64,000 nucleotides of DNA, taken from NCBI GenBank assembly GCA_047285535.1, contig JBJBDC010000001.1, positions 2,961,340-3,025,339 on the forward strand, read 5' to 3'. Of this stretch, positions 40,955 to 52,518 are shown one piece after another. The notes beneath the pieces were generated by a model that was not told the DNA's origin, did no database searches, and worked only from the letters and a program-made list of their open reading frames with translations. How positions within the stretch are numbered: position 1 is the stretch's first letter; each line of letters starts with the position of its first letter. Made by a program: the position numbers and the translations under genes. The stretch comes from Synechococcus sp. (GTDB lineage Bacteria; Cyanobacteriota; Cyanobacteriia; PCC-6307; Cyanobiaceae).

Positions 40955-42079
40955 TCAGTTGTTGTTTTGGCGTTGTTGACGCTGACGAAGGAAGTCAGGA
41001 ATGCGAGCACCTGCTTCTGGTGTTGTGCTGTTATTGGTTGAAAAATCTGATACTGCGGTTCTGGCCTTGCTTCGGTCCGAACGATAGGGAGTCCCATTTT
41101 CAAATCCAGTGGCAATCACCGTGACATGAATCTCACCTTCGAGGCTTTCATCGACGACGGCACCCACAATGATGTTGGCCTCTGGATCGACCACGTCATA
41201 AATCACCTCCGAGGCGCTGGTCATATCTTCAAGGGTCATGTCGCGACCGCCGCTGATATTGATCACGCAGCCATTGGCACCATCGATTCGGGCTGCCTCT
41301 AGTAAGGGACTATTGATTGCTGTTTGTGCAGCTTCAATCGCGCGGGATCGGCCGGAACCAACTCCGATGCCAAGCAGAGCTGTGCCTGCTTCTGTCATCA
41401 CAGAGCGGACATCTGCGAAGTCAACATTCACCAGTCCTGGAAGGGTAATGATGTCGCTAATTCCTTTGACACCCATCCTGAGAACGTCATCGGCACTGCG
41501 GAATGCTTCTTGCAGCGGTGCTCCAGCAATGGCATCACGAAGTCGGTCGTTCGGGATGACGATCAAGGTGTCAACGTGTTCTGCCAGGCGTGCAATGCCT
41601 TCATCGGCCTGACGCATTCTCCGACGCCCTTCAAAGCTGAATGGTTTCGTGACGATTCCAACGGTGAGGGCTCCGCTTTCCTTGGCAACTTCCGCGACGA
41701 CAGGAGCCGCTCCTGTACCGGTGCCCCCTCCCATCCCTGCAGCAATGAAGACCAGGTCTGCCCCCTGCAGTGCTTGTTGAAGATCCGCGCGTGACTCTTC
41801 AGCCGCTTTTTGGCCAATGCTTGGGTTACCGCCAGCACCAAGACCACGGGTGAGGGTTTGTCCCAACTGAACTCGATTGTCGGCAGCGGACTGAATGAGG
41901 GCCTGCGCATCGGTGTTTAAAACCCGATAAGCCACGCCTTCCAGATCGCTCAAAATCATGCGGTTTACGGCATTGCTGCCACCGCCACCAACACCGATGA
42001 CTTCAATGCGTGCTGATTGGCTTGGCGAGATACCCTCTTGATTCATTGATGAGGACGTCTCACTGCTCACAATCTCCAT
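40955..42079 (-). CDS. ftsZ: Cell division protein FtsZ
   Basis: [23 protein letters not shown]. Confidence 0.99.
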   Translation of the reverse strand: MEIVSSETSSSMNQEGISPSQSARIEVIGVGGGGSNAVNRMILSDLEGVAYRVLNTDAQALIQSAADNRVQLGQTLTRGLGAGGNPSIGQKAAEESRADLQQALQGADLVFIAAGMGGGTGTGAAPVVAEVAKESGALTVGIVTKPFSFEGRRRMRQADEGIARLAEHVDTLIVIPNDRLRDAIAGAPLQEAFRSADDVLRMGVKGISDIITLPGLVNVDFADVRSVMTEAGTALLGIGVGSGRSRAIEAAQTAINSPLLEAARIDGANGCVINISGGRDMTLEDMTSASEVIYDVVDPEANIIVGAVVDESLEGEIHVTVIATGFENGTPYRSDRSKARTAVSDFSTNNSTTPEAGARIPDFLRQRQQRQNNN

Positions 42080-42188
42080 TCCTGGACTAGAACCTTAGAG
42101 ACCGCACGCATTATGTCTGTGATGATGGCGTTTGCCGACAACACTGATACAGGAACTTGATTGTCCTGGTCATTTTCGCCCTGCAGTG

Positions 42189-43058
42189 TTAACGATCACT
42201 GGCCTTGGAAAGCGGGGAAGTCTTAAGTCGTGGTCTCAGTTTCAGCTCTGGTTGACTTGGGTCACTGAGATCTAGACCCGCGTTGGATGCACCACGTAAG
42301 TTGTCGGGAAGGCTTTGATTCAATTGCGCAATGGTTTTGAATTGCTGATCCAATAGGGCGTCATTGGATCCCAGGTAAACAAGGCCAAGCGACTCAATGC
42401 GCAAGCTGATTCCACCAGCGGGCTCGACTAAAATTGCCTTGAGTGGTAGGCCCAGTTTCTCTCGTTGTTGAAGGACATGGGCAATGATTGCGCGCCGACT
42501 CGAAATCCAGCCTTCGACTTTCACCGAGCTTGCAGGTTTTTCTCCTTGCTGGGCCATGGTCATCGACATCCATTGACCCTCTCGATCCACCATGCCCTTT
42601 TCGACCCCCTTCGGACCAACGCGCGTGGCAGCAGCCATTGGCCTGCGTTCAACGATGGTGATGTTTAATCCGGGGGGCAGAAGACGCCTCTGAACTGAAG
42701 CCTCCTGCACTGGAAGCTCCTGCCTCAATTTGGCTTCGATCTTGCGAGGTTCAAGTTTTAAAAGGGAGTGTGGAAATGTCAGGCCTGCTGCATTCACAAC
42801 CACCTTTTGCCCCATTCTCTGGCTGCCGCTGATTTGAATTTGTTGCTCGGAGCGCAGGTTCCATCCCAGCGTCAGCAGCAGCCAGCCCAATCCAGCGGCT
42901 GATGTCGAGAAAAAAAGAAGTCGCCAGACTTGGATCAAGCGTTCTTTTCTTCGCTCTTGCCGCAGCCTTCTACGCCGTTCGACCCCAGGGGAGAGTGGGG
43001 TTTGGCTTTTGCGCTTGCCGAGCTTGAAGCCTTTATTGCGGGATGCTTCAGAACTCAC
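42189..43058 (-). CDS. ftsQ: Cell division protein FtsQ/DivIB
   Basis: Basic N-terminus, one TM, POTRA-like region, DLSDP end; upstream of ftsZ. Confidence 0.85.
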   Translation of the reverse strand: MSSEASRNKGFKLGKRKSQTPLSPGVERRRRLRQERRKERLIQVWRLLFFSTSAAGLGWLLLTLGWNLRSEQQIQISGSQRMGQKVVVNAAGLTFPHSLLKLEPRKIEAKLRQELPVQEASVQRRLLPPGLNITIVERRPMAAATRVGPKGVEKGMVDREGQWMSMTMAQQGEKPASSVKVEGWISSRRAIIAHVLQQREKLGLPLKAILVEPAGGISLRIESLGLVYLGSNDALLDQQFKTIAQLNQSLPDNLRGASNAGLDLSDPSQPELKLRPRLKTSPLSKASDR

Positions 43059-43465
43059 AAGTCGCAGCGTGCACGAGACATCAACTGATCCATCCAGCGG
43101 CGGGCGCGATCGGCATCGGAAAAAGGCACGTCTAGCTGTTGTCCGTTGCCAATGAGTCTGAGTCGGCAGCGACCTTGAGATTCATTCGCTAACGGCGCCT
43201 CTCCCGAAGCTAAGGCCATTAATTCAACCAATTCCAAACCTTTAATGACAAAATGGCCCTCATCTTGAAACGACCCTGCTCTAAAGCTGCACCAACGCAG
43301 TTCTCCGTCTTTGAGCAGTGCTGCACCGCAGCCGTCTAATTTCGCTATCTCAGAGCCATCGCTCCAGGCGCGAAAGAGGTTTTGGCGTCTGCGTTCGAGC
43401 CATCCCAGTGCTACGAGCAGCACAAAGGCGAGGAGGAGCGGAACCCAGAGCAGACCTTCAATCAT
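43055..43465 (-). CDS. Conserved-type hypothetical membrane-anchored protein
   Basis: N-terminal TM; located between ddl and ftsQ. Confidence 0.75.
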   Translation of the reverse strand: MIEGLLWVPLLLAFVLLVALGWLERRRQNLFRAWSDGSEIAKLDGCGAALLKDGELRWCSFRAGSFQDEGHFVIKGLELVELMALASGEAPLANESQGRCRLRLIGNGQQLDVPFSDADRARRWMDQLMSRARCDL

Positions 43466-43484
43466 CGCGAGTCTGGAAGCTGCA

Positions 43485-44546
43485 TCATTCTTGCGCCGTC
43501 TGGACCAGCTGGGCCACTAGATCGGGTAAAGCGATACCACTGGCATCCCAGAGCATGGGATACATGCTTTGGGATGTGAAGCCTGGCAAGGTATTGATCT
43601 CGTTCAGCCAGATCTTTTCCTTGATCTCATCATAAAAAACATCCACCCTCGCCAGCCCAACCGCGTGAACAGCGCTGCAGGCTTGCAACGCCATGTCCTG
43701 AATCCGAGCGCTGACCTTGGATGAGAGCGGGGCTGGGATCAGCGTGTAGCTATGTCCATCGCTGTATTTGGTCTGATAGTCATACCAGTCGGCGTCAAAT
43801 CGAATTTCGCCAACAACAGAGGCTTTGAGCTGCGCCCCTCCGAGTACGGCGCATTCCAACTCCCTGGCGGAAACGCCTTGTTCCACAACCAGGCGGGTGT
43901 CATGGGTTGCAGCAGATCTCAAACCCTCGAGCAATTCCTCTCGGGTACGGACCTTGCTGATGCCAACCGATGAGCCCATATTGGCCGGTTTTACAAAACA
44001 AGGATATCCCAAATCAGATTCGACTTTGAGGACCAACTCATCACTGTGTTGAGGATGGTTGAGGTCAGAAGCATTCAGGCCTACGTAGGGCACCTGGGGG
44101 AGTCCTGCGGCTGCAAAAGCAGCTTTCATCGCCAGTTTGTCCATCCCCACGGCTGAACCAAGCACACCGGAGCCAACGAATGGCTGCCCCATCATGGTGA
44201 ATAAACCCTGAATGGTGCCGTCTTCGCCATTGGGGCCATGAAGAACGGGGAACCAAACATCAATGGTTTCAGCCTCGATCGGCAGGGAGCGGAATCCTGC
44301 TGGAGGTAGGGGGTGGGGCAGACTTTGTTCTGCAAGCGGCTGACCTTGCTCGAGAACTCCTGCAGCAATGTGCTCAGGCCACCAGCGTCCCTGCTGGTCG
44401 ATGTAGAGCGGAATCACGACAAAGAGCGTCTTGTTCTGACCCTCGCGAAGGGCCTGGATCACGGTGATTGCCGAGCGAATCGACACGGCATGCTCGCCGG
44501 ATGCGCCTCCGAAAACCACGCCAACGCGAACGGGAGAAGAGGGCAT
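43485..44546 (-). CDS. ddl: D-alanine-D-alanine ligase
   Basis: [29 protein letters not shown]. Confidence 0.97.
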   Translation of the reverse strand: MPSSPVRVGVVFGGASGEHAVSIRSAITVIQALREGQNKTLFVVIPLYIDQQGRWWPEHIAAGVLEQGQPLAEQSLPHPLPPAGFRSLPIEAETIDVWFPVLHGPNGEDGTIQGLFTMMGQPFVGSGVLGSAVGMDKLAMKAAFAAAGLPQVPYVGLNASDLNHPQHSDELVLKVESDLGYPCFVKPANMGSSVGISKVRTREELLEGLRSAATHDTRLVVEQGVSARELECAVLGGAQLKASVVGEIRFDADWYDYQTKYSDGHSYTLIPAPLSSKVSARIQDMALQACSAVHAVGLARVDVFYDEIKEKIWLNEINTLPGFTSQSMYPMLWDASGIALPDLVAQLVQTAQE

Positions 44547-44584
44547 GATGCGGCCTTCCCTTTAACAAGCGAACACGAAAGTTA

Positions 44585-46006
44585 TCAGCTGATCACAGGT
44601 GTGCCAGTCAGGGAGAACGAGCGAACTTCATCGATTTGAACATCCACAAGATCCCCAGCCCGATGGGTTGTTCCATTTGGCGATTGAGCGCAGAAAAAGG
44701 TCAGCCTGTTGGTGCGAGTCCGTCCCATGAGTTGGGATGGGTCCTTGGGGTTGACTCCTTCCGCGAGGACTTGCTCGATGCGTCCCGCATAGCGTGCATT
44801 GCGCTTTTTGGCAGTGGATTCAACAAGAGCGTTGATCTCACGCAAACGAGCTACCTTGACCTCTTCAGACAGCTGGTTGTTCCAGTCTGCGGCTGGCGTG
44901 TTGGGTCTTGGTGAATAGGCAGCAGTGTTCACTTGGTCAAAGCCAATCGCTTCAATTAACGCCAGGGTGCGTCTGTACTGTTCAGCGGTTTCTCCAGGGA
45001 ACGCAACGATCACATCAGCGCTGATGGCTGCGTCGGGCATGCGCTCTCGAATGCGATCAATGATTCGGCGGTAGCGTTCAACGGTGTAACCGCGGGCCAT
45101 CGTTTTAAGAACTTCGTTATCGCCGCTTTGGAAGGGGATATGAAAGTGTTCGCACACTTTGGGGAGGTCCGCGCAGGCGTCTATCAGCCGTTCGGTGAAG
45201 TACCTGGGATGACTTGTGGCAAATCGAAGTCGTTCGATGCCCTTGACGTCATGAACCTGGCGAAGCAGATCCGTGAGGGTGTGCTGTCGTCTTCCTTCAG
45301 CCGTGATGCCTGGTAGATCGCGGCCATAGGCATCGATGTTCTGGCCCAGCAAGGTGATCTCTTTGAAGCCGCGAGCCGCTAAACCCTCCATCTCCAGGTG
45401 GATCGCCTCAGGCATCCTCGATTGCTCCTTGCCGCGAACAGAGGGCACCACGCAATACGTGCACCGTTCATTGCAGCCGTAGATCACATTCACCCAGGCG
45501 CAGATGCTGCTGTCACGCCTTGCGGTGGTGAGATCTTCGAGAATGTGATGCTCTTCAGTGGCGACCACCTGCTGGCCGGTTTGAACTTGCGTCAGCAGGG
45601 TTTCGAGGCGATTGGCATGCTGTGGCCCCATCACCAGATCCAGCTCTGGCACTCGGCGGAGTAAGGCTTCTCCCTCTTGCTGAGCGACGCAGCCGGCCAC
45701 CACCAGGGTGAGATCGGGATTGGTCCGTTTTCGGATGGCTTGGCGCCCCAAGTAGCTGTAAACCTTTTGTTCGGCGTTATCGCGAATGGTGCAGGTGTTG
45801 TAGAGAACCAGATCGGCTTCTAGTTCAGCTTTGGCTTCCTGATAGCCCATGGTTTCAAGGATTCCTGCCATCCGCTCGGAATCGGCCTTGTTCATTTGGC
45901 AGCCAAAGGTGGTGATCCAGTAGCTGCCTCGGTGCCGTCCATCAATGATTGAGGAGGCAGAACCGGTCTTGGTGAGACTGGTATTGGCGGGACTGGAGAG
46001 AGCCAA
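44585..46006 (-). CDS. miaB: tRNA-2-methylthio-N6-dimethylallyladenosine synthase
   Basis: [20 protein letters not shown]-terminus; start approximate (TTG 46006). Confidence 0.95.
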   Translation of the reverse strand: MALSSPANTSLTKTGSASSIIDGRHRGSYWITTFGCQMNKADSERMAGILETMGYQEAKAELEADLVLYNTCTIRDNAEQKVYSYLGRQAIRKRTNPDLTLVVAGCVAQQEGEALLRRVPELDLVMGPQHANRLETLLTQVQTGQQVVATEEHHILEDLTTARRDSSICAWVNVIYGCNERCTYCVVPSVRGKEQSRMPEAIHLEMEGLAARGFKEITLLGQNIDAYGRDLPGITAEGRRQHTLTDLLRQVHDVKGIERLRFATSHPRYFTERLIDACADLPKVCEHFHIPFQSGDNEVLKTMARGYTVERYRRIIDRIRERMPDAAISADVIVAFPGETAEQYRRTLALIEAIGFDQVNTAAYSPRPNTPAADWNNQLSEEVKVARLREINALVESTAKKRNARYAGRIEQVLAEGVNPKDPSQLMGRTRTNRLTFFCAQSPNGTTHRAGDLVDVQIDEVRSFSLTGTPVIS

Positions 46007-46103
46007 GGCGGGTGGCGATCCTGGAGACCGACGACGGGGAAATCTTCTTTCAGTTTGAGACACCGTCAGCCTGTGCCAACTTGGGGATTGGAGTCTTAGG
46101 ACG

Positions 46104-47174
46104 ATGGGCTGGTCTCTCCGGCACTTTCCTCTCACCAAAGCGGTTCCGCTCGCGATCAGCAGGGGAACCACTGCCCACGTGGAGCATCTCGAACTCACAT
46201 ACAGCCTGGACGGCTGCATCGGTCGAGGGGAAACAGGTGGCTTTGATACTGGGCATCGTGCCTTTAGCACCGATCAACTGGCCCTGGAACTCAAGGCATT
46301 GATGCCAAAACTCGGCGATGTCGACCCCGCCGATCGCCAGCGCCTTGCCCCCTTGCTGCAGTCCCTATCTCCCCCCGCCCGTTGTGCGGTGGATTTGGCT
46401 CTTTGGGACTGGTGGGGGCAACGGCTCGGTCAGCCGGTTTGGCGTTTGTTTGGCCTCGATGGAAGCCGCAGCATTGCCACTAGCGTGACCTTGGGTCTGG
46501 GTTCCGTGGATGAGGTTCTCAGTCGGTTACAGCGTTGGTGGCGACAGCTGCCTGCAACGCGCATCAAGTTAAAACTTGGCAGCACCGAGGGCTGTGATCA
46601 CGATCGGACCGTTCTGGCGGCGGTTTCCCAGGTCTTGCAGGAGCATCAGCAGGAGCATCAGCAAGCTCTTGAACTTCAAGTTGATGCGAATGGTGGCTGG
46701 AGCCTTGAGGAGTCAAAGGCCATGCAGGTTTCACTGCAGAAGGCTGGGGTAGTGCTGCTCGAGCAGCCCATGCCGGCAGTGCTCGATCCAGATCAAGACA
46801 CGTCAGCTTTCGCCGCACTCAAGCCCTATTGCGACATGCCCCTGGTGGCTGATGAAAGCTGTTGGGACCTGCAAGATCTGTTGCGCCTTGCCCCTCACGT
46901 GGATGGTGTGAACCTTAAGTTGCTTAAAACGGGTGGACTCTCTGAGGCTTGGCTGATGGCTCAGGTGGCTCAACGGTGCGGCCTGGATCTCATGATCGGC
47001 TGCTATTCCGACAGCCTTTTGCTCAATGGTGCAGCAGCTCAATTGCTTCCATTGATCCGCTGGCCTGATCTTGATAGCCATTTGAATCTCGTTGACGATC
47101 CCTATAGAGGGCTTGAGTTGGCAGGGGATCAGATGCGTGCACCTGTTGCTAGTGGGCTGGGGATCACCCGCTGA
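46104..47174 (+). CDS. L-Ala-D/L-Glu dipeptide epimerase (enolase superfamily)
   Basis: KLK, VDANG, LEQP, ADES, DLD. Confidence 0.88.
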   Translation: MGWSLRHFPLTKAVPLAISRGTTAHVEHLELTYSLDGCIGRGETGGFDTGHRAFSTDQLALELKALMPKLGDVDPADRQRLAPLLQSLSPPARCAVDLALWDWWGQRLGQPVWRLFGLDGSRSIATSVTLGLGSVDEVLSRLQRWWRQLPATRIKLKLGSTEGCDHDRTVLAAVSQVLQEHQQEHQQALELQVDANGGWSLEESKAMQVSLQKAGVVLLEQPMPAVLDPDQDTSAFAALKPYCDMPLVADESCWDLQDLLRLAPHVDGVNLKLLKTGGLSEAWLMAQVAQRCGLDLMIGCYSDSLLLNGAAAQLLPLIRWPDLDSHLNLVDDPYRGLELAGDQMRAPVASGLGITR

Positions 47175-47366
47175 ACGGGTTCCTCACTGCAGGGTGTTGA
47201 TCAGCGTGATCGCGCCAAGAACCTCTCCATCCTTGGTTCACGCTAAGACCACGACTAGGGCCCTTCGGCTTGTTTGGTCTGTTGCCGCAAAGTCTTGCTA
47301 AAGGAATGAACAGGAGCTGGCGGAGTTGTCCTTGTCAGGTTTCATGTTGATCGCAATGGATTTGGC

Positions 47367-48446
47367 TTGAGTCCCCAGAGTCCAGCGGGATTTGAAGAAA
47401 TGCCTGTGGTGTTGCTTCAGCATGGTGGTCTCACGTCCCTGACTGGCAAGACCGGCTTGGCGATGTTGCGCCATCGCAGGGGCCCGATTGCTGTGGTCAT
47501 TGATCCAACCCATGCGGATGGTTCTTTGGCTGACATCACAGGAATTGAGCGGGATGTGCCAATCGTTCGAGATCTGGAGGCGGCCCTGAACCACCGACCA
47601 TCCGTTGCCGTGGTGGGCTTGGCACCTTCGGGAGGTGGGTTGCCAGACCCGGTGCGCCGGGATGCCCTGGCCGCTCTGCGGGCAGGCTTAAACCTGGCGA
47701 GTGGATTGCACACACAGTTGGGAGAGGACCCTGAATTCAAGGCGGCGTGCCATGAAGGGAAATGGATCTGGGATTTGCGCCGTGAGCCCCCGAACCTGAA
47801 GGTGGGTCAAGCTCGTGCTGCCGGTCTCCCCTGTCAGCGTGTTTTAGCTGTTGGAACGGATATGGCTGTCGGAAAAATGAGTGCCTGTTTGGCGCTTGCA
47901 GAGGCCGCAGACCGATGCAAACTTCCCTGTCGCTTTGTGGGAACAGGCCAGGCTGGAATTCTGATCAGTGGCCGCGGCGTTCCTTTGGATGCCGTGCGTG
48001 TGGATTATGCAGCTGGTGCAGTGGAGCAGGCTGTACTGGAGGCCGGTAGAGATTTGTCAGAGCAGGATTTATTGTTGGTGGAAGGTCAAGGATCTCTTTG
48101 TCACCCGGGCTCGACTGCTCCACTCCCATTGATGCGTGGCAGTCAACCTACAGCTCTGTTGATGGTGCATCGGGCGGATCAGTCGACGATCGAGCGGTTG
48201 CCCCAGGTTCCACTCCCGCCCTTAAGGGAGCTCGTGAGCATGTGTGAGTCTCTTGCAGCGATGGCACGACCCCTGGGAACAGGGCCTTCCCCGAAAGTTA
48301 AAGCCATTGCTCTCAACACGGCTCGATTCACGGCTCAAGATGCTGAGCACTACTTAGAGGCCTGTCGGGATGAACTTGGTCTTCCATGTGAAGATCCGAT
48401 CCGCAGCCCTGCTGATGGTTTGCTGCAGGCCGTTCTTGACCGTTGA
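47367..48446 (+). CDS. DUF1611-family P-loop protein
   Basis: VGTDMAVGKM, TGQAGI, VEGQGSL; the usual partner of the epimerase. Confidence 0.88.
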   Translation: MSPQSPAGFEEMPVVLLQHGGLTSLTGKTGLAMLRHRRGPIAVVIDPTHADGSLADITGIERDVPIVRDLEAALNHRPSVAVVGLAPSGGGLPDPVRRDALAALRAGLNLASGLHTQLGEDPEFKAACHEGKWIWDLRREPPNLKVGQARAAGLPCQRVLAVGTDMAVGKMSACLALAEAADRCKLPCRFVGTGQAGILISGRGVPLDAVRVDYAAGAVEQAVLEAGRDLSEQDLLLVEGQGSLCHPGSTAPLPLMRGSQPTALLMVHRADQSTIERLPQVPLPPLRELVSMCESLAAMARPLGTGPSPKVKAIALNTARFTAQDAEHYLEACRDELGLPCEDPIRSPADGLLQAVLDR

Positions 48447-48447
48447 G

Positions 48448-48521
48448 GGCGGGTGAGGGGATTCGAACCCCCGGATGGCGGCACCACAAGCCGCTGCCTT
48501 AACCACTTGGCGACACCCGCC
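48448..48521 (-). tRNA. tRNA-His(GTG)
   Basis: Reverse complement GGCGGGTGTCGCCAAGTGGTTAAGGCAGCGGCTTGTGGTGCCGCC...GGTTCGAATCCCCTCACCCGCC with G-1. Confidence 0.95.
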
Positions 48522-48584
48522 ATGTCGGTAAGAATCTACCAATTGGTCTGAATCCCCCTGAAGACGTTCATCGGACATTTCCGC

Positions 48585-48992
48585 ATGCCCTCGGTTACGA
48601 CTTCGGTGACCGTTCTGGCACTTGCCGCTTCAGGATTTGCTCTTGCGCTCACTAACCCTGATCCTGAAGACTTCAGGAGTTTTGCGGGTGATCAGTTGGT
48701 CACTCTGGTGAGCGGTGAATTATGTGGTGATGGAGGGCTGCCCATGGTGCTTCAGCTCTGGGTGAAAGACTGTCCGCGTCTAATCCGTGATCAGAAACCA
48801 GCATTGGCGGCTCTCGCCGGCCAATTCAGCCGGCGCATCAATGTTGGCCTGGCCAGTCTCTACTACACAGAACTTGGTGGACAGGATCTGCTGCCTACCA
48901 TCAAGCTTCCTCAGTATTCAGTGACGACTCTTGGAATGGCTGGACAATTTGTGATCCTTCGCTCCAGTCATGAAGACGGCAAGCTCGAATGA
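48585..48992 (+). CDS. DUF4359-like protein
   Basis: Hydrophobic N-terminus followed by TNP; C-terminal TLGMAGQF. Confidence 0.75.
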   Translation: MPSVTTSVTVLALAASGFALALTNPDPEDFRSFAGDQLVTLVSGELCGDGGLPMVLQLWVKDCPRLIRDQKPALAALAGQFSRRINVGLASLYYTELGGQDLLPTIKLPQYSVTTLGMAGQFVILRSSHEDGKLE

Positions 48993-50245
48993 AGCCTGGG
49001 TTGGGAGATGGCAGTCTCAGTGCCTGGATTCCACGCGGATTGGTTGAAATTGGTCAGGAACGGGTGGGCACGCCAGCGCCTGTGACTCGGGCTGATGGTC
49101 TCTGTGCTTTTCAACTGTCTTGGCGTCAGGGGCGGATTGTTCGGGTGGAAGCGCTGGCCGAGGGAAGAGCGGAACCCGACGGGATGTTGCTTCCTCGATT
49201 GCTGGAACCGCATGCGCATTTGGATAAGGCATTCACCTGGAACAGCCACCCCAACCTCAGTGGAACCTATGCAGGAGCGATGGCTGCCAATCTCAAAGAA
49301 CATCAAAGCCGCAGTTTTGACTTGGTTTGTGAGCGCTTTGAACGTGCGCTGAGGTTGGCTTGGCGCCATGGCCTGCGCGCTGTTCGCACCCATATCGACA
49401 GCCTCGGACCTGGAGCGCAGTGCAGCTGGGACGCCATTCTTCAGGGAGCATCCCGTTGGCAGGATCAGGTGAAGATTCAGCCGGTGGCCCTCGTTCCGGT
49501 TGAACACTGGGACACTCCAGAGGGCGAAAAGTTGGCTGCTCGGGTGGCAGCTGCCGGCGGCTTGCTGGGCGGCGTGATCGCTCCTCCCTGTGCCGGCGCT
49601 GCGCCTCGCAAGGCCTTGCGTCGGCTTCTGACCTTGGCGGACCGCCATGGGTGTGCAGTGGATTTGCACATTGATGAAGCCAGTTCTCATCCGGCTGCCG
49701 GTCTTTTTCAGCTGATGCGCGTTCTCAAGAGAATGTCCGTGTCTGTACCGATCACTTGCAGTCATGCCAGCAGTCTTTCTCTGCTGAAAGCCTCTGCCTT
49801 GCAGCGACTTGCTGAACAGATGGCGCATTACGGCGTTCAAGTCGTGGCCCTGCCCCTGACCAATGGTTGGCTGTTGGGGAGACATGATTTCGGAACATCT
49901 CTGCAGCGACCTCTGGCTCCGATCCGACAGTTGCAGCGGGCAGGGGTTTGTGTGGCGGTAGGCGGTGACAACGTGCAGGATCCATGGTTTCCGGCTGGCA
50001 ACCTTGACCCCTTGGCTCTAATGGCAGCGAGCTTGCCTAAAGCCCATCTCGCCCCCTGGGAGCGTTTGGGTCTCTCGCCATTCACGACGGCAGCAGCTCG
50101 ATTGATGGACATGGCCTGGGACGGAGTGATTCGGGAGGGTGCTCCTGCTGATGCCCTCCTCCTTCCTGTTCAAAGTTGGACTGAAGCGTTGGCGGCTCCC
50201 CCTGAGCGTCGGCTTTTGGTTGGGGGTGGGTGGGTGCAGGATTGA
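48989..50245 (+). CDS. codA: Cytosine deaminase-like amidohydrolase
   Basis: HAHLDK, RTHID, DLHIDE, GDNVQDPW. Confidence 0.85.
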   Translation: MKPGLGDGSLSAWIPRGLVEIGQERVGTPAPVTRADGLCAFQLSWRQGRIVRVEALAEGRAEPDGMLLPRLLEPHAHLDKAFTWNSHPNLSGTYAGAMAANLKEHQSRSFDLVCERFERALRLAWRHGLRAVRTHIDSLGPGAQCSWDAILQGASRWQDQVKIQPVALVPVEHWDTPEGEKLAARVAAAGGLLGGVIAPPCAGAAPRKALRRLLTLADRHGCAVDLHIDEASSHPAAGLFQLMRVLKRMSVSVPITCSHASSLSLLKASALQRLAEQMAHYGVQVVALPLTNGWLLGRHDFGTSLQRPLAPIRQLQRAGVCVAVGGDNVQDPWFPAGNLDPLALMAASLPKAHLAPWERLGLSPFTTAAARLMDMAWDGVIREGAPADALLLPVQSWTEALAAPPERRLLVGGGWVQD

Positions 50246-50302
50246 AGTTAGGTATTTTCTCGATAACAACGATTCCTTGACAACTGCCAGCCCTCAATAG
50301 CC

Positions 50303-51631
50303 ATGGTCCCTGATGCTTTGCAGAACGAGCTGGAATCCCTTGGCGATCTCATCCTGCTGACGAGCCGTGAGGATTTGGAGCGCTATTCCAAAGACGCCCA
50401 TGACTATTCACCAGTCCTACGAGAACAGCTCAGCCATTGTCGTGCTGATCTCGTCGTGCGTGCTCCGTCGGTGGAGGCGGTCATGGGTGTGGCCGCGGCC
50501 TGTTTTCGCCATGATGTACCGCTGACTTTACGCGGATCTGGAACGGGGAATTACGGCCAGAGCGTGCCTCTGAACGGTGGCGTTGTGCTCCTGATGGATG
50601 CCATGCGAGAGGTGCGGTCGATTGACCCAGTGAGTGGTGTGGTGACTGTGGAATGCGGTTGTTTGATGCGTGATCTAGACCAAGCTCTCGCCGCCCATGG
50701 TCGGCAATTGCGGCTGTTCCCAAGCACCTGGCGCAGCGCCACGATCGGTGGCTTTATTGCTGGTGGATCAGGAGGGATCGGTTCGGTGCGCTGGGGGTTC
50801 TTGCGTGATCCAGGTCATCTCCTCGGCCTCGAGGTGGTGACCATGGAAGCATCACCGCGGCTCTTGCAACTGGATGCCGCAGAGGCGGAAGCCCTGAATC
50901 ACGCCTATGGCACCAATGGCGTGATTACGGCGCTCAAGCTCACCTCAGCTCCGAGGGTGATGTGGCAGGAGGTTGTGGTGGACTGTGCCGATTGGAGTGC
51001 AGCTGTGGCGTTGGCTCTGCGCTGTGGCCAAGTTGCTGTTGAGATGAATCTCTGCGCCGTTTTGCAGTCGGAGATTGTTGATCGTGTTCCCTCCTGGAGC
51101 GGACCGGCACGAGGAGGGCACCGTTTGTTGTTGTTAGTGGCACCTGATGGTGTGAGCACGATTGAGCGGCTAGCAGGTTCCTTCCAAGCCGATGTGCAGG
51201 TGCTCGGTCTTGAGGAGGAGCGTCAGGGCAATGGCCTGCGCGAACTGAGTTGGAATCACACCACCCTGCATCTTCGCAATCAAGATCCCAACTGGACTTA
51301 CTTACAGATGCTGATGCCTCAGCCTGAACAGGCTTTTATGGACTCGCTTGATCAACGCTGGGGAGATGATCTCCTCTGGCATCTTGAGGCGGTGCGTCAG
51401 CAAGGAGTGTTTCGCTTGGCGGCTCTTCCAGTGGTTCGCTGGCGTGGGGCGCCAGCTCTTCAAGATTTAATTGATGATTGCCGAGCTCATGGGGCCTTGG
51501 TGTTTAACCCTCATGTCATCAGCGTTGAGGGAGGCGGGCTTGGTGTGATTGATGGAGATCAGGTGGCAGCGAAGGTTCGCTATGACCCAGAAGGCCTCCT
51601 CAATCCAGGAAAACTGGGAGGATTTCCCTGA
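50303..51631 (+). CDS. FAD-binding oxidoreductase (GlcD/VAO type)
   Basis: RGSGTGNYG, ATIGG, DPEGLLNPGK. Confidence 0.9.
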   Translation: MVPDALQNELESLGDLILLTSREDLERYSKDAHDYSPVLREQLSHCRADLVVRAPSVEAVMGVAAACFRHDVPLTLRGSGTGNYGQSVPLNGGVVLLMDAMREVRSIDPVSGVVTVECGCLMRDLDQALAAHGRQLRLFPSTWRSATIGGFIAGGSGGIGSVRWGFLRDPGHLLGLEVVTMEASPRLLQLDAAEAEALNHAYGTNGVITALKLTSAPRVMWQEVVVDCADWSAAVALALRCGQVAVEMNLCAVLQSEIVDRVPSWSGPARGGHRLLLLVAPDGVSTIERLAGSFQADVQVLGLEEERQGNGLRELSWNHTTLHLRNQDPNWTYLQMLMPQPEQAFMDSLDQRWGDDLLWHLEAVRQQGVFRLAALPVVRWRGAPALQDLIDDCRAHGALVFNPHVISVEGGGLGVIDGDQVAAKVRYDPEGLLNPGKLGGFP

Positions 51632-51634
51632 TGA

Positions 51635-52171
51635 TCAGCAGTCAAGGCTGTCTCGTGTGGAAACACCGCTGTTGGCATTCACGCCATCAGCGTCCTGACA
51701 TAGCCGACGTTGATCTTCACGATCTAGCAGGGCAGCACTGAAATCAGCACCCTCAATGTTCGCTCCAGCAAAGCTGCTACCTGATGCGATCACACCGACG
51801 AGCAAAGCATCGCGTAGATCAGTGTTTGAGAAATCGGCGCGATCCATGAGGGCATTACTGAGATCGGCGCCATGGAAATTTGCTTCTGGGAATTCTCCCT
51901 GGGTCAAGATCGTTCCTTGCATGTTGGCATCGCTGAAATCTGCACCTCTGCCAGTCGCTCCTGCAAAGGATGTGTTGATGAGGTTCTGGCCATGGAAGTC
52001 ACCACCACTTTGATTGGTGAGGGTGTAATCCACTCGCTCCTGGAAGAGGGCTCGATCTTGAAGCCCTACACCAGTGGACGTGTCAAGGGCAATGACAGGC
52101 AAAGGAAGTCCTGTCATGAGTGCTAGGAGTGCAACGGCAACCCATGAGGACAGAGTCTGATCTTGCATCAA
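51635..52171 (-). CDS. Secreted pentapeptide-repeat protein
   Basis: Signal peptide; A(D/N)(F/L)xx repeats; C-terminal Cys pair. Confidence 0.9.
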   Translation of the reverse strand: MMQDQTLSSWVAVALLALMTGLPLPVIALDTSTGVGLQDRALFQERVDYTLTNQSGGDFHGQNLINTSFAGATGRGADFSDANMQGTILTQGEFPEANFHGADLSNALMDRADFSNTDLRDALLVGVIASGSSFAGANIEGADFSAALLDREDQRRLCQDADGVNANSGVSTRDSLDC

Positions 52172-52518
52172 GGTGAATGGTGAGTTGACTTCACTCTGCC
52201 TTTAATCCCGGCGCTGTGACGAAAAAAGAGAATGTGTCGATCCTTTTTTGCGTCTTTGTTTTCTAATCTGATGACTCATTCTTCAAATTTGCAACGTTCT
52301 TATCGTGAAGACCTGGATACAACCCGATGATTTTTTGTTCTCATCAGTCACCCATTCCAGGGAGAATTTCTGTCGACAAGGTTTCAGGAGCATCTCATCA
52401 CCCTTTGCCAATGTCTCTGTCGCGATTGTTTTGGCGACATGCTGACGACCTGCTCAGTGACAATCTTTCAATCAAACTCAGCAGGCAACGCAAACTCAGT
52501 CCAGCTGAAGCCCTTTGT

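Noticed and set aside
46007..46270. Long N-terminal extension of miaB in the ORF track
   Set aside because: Overlaps the divergent epimerase gene; the MiaB domain begins near 45930
48968..49885. 305-aa minus-strand ORF
   Set aside because: Antisense to codA with no recognisable motifs
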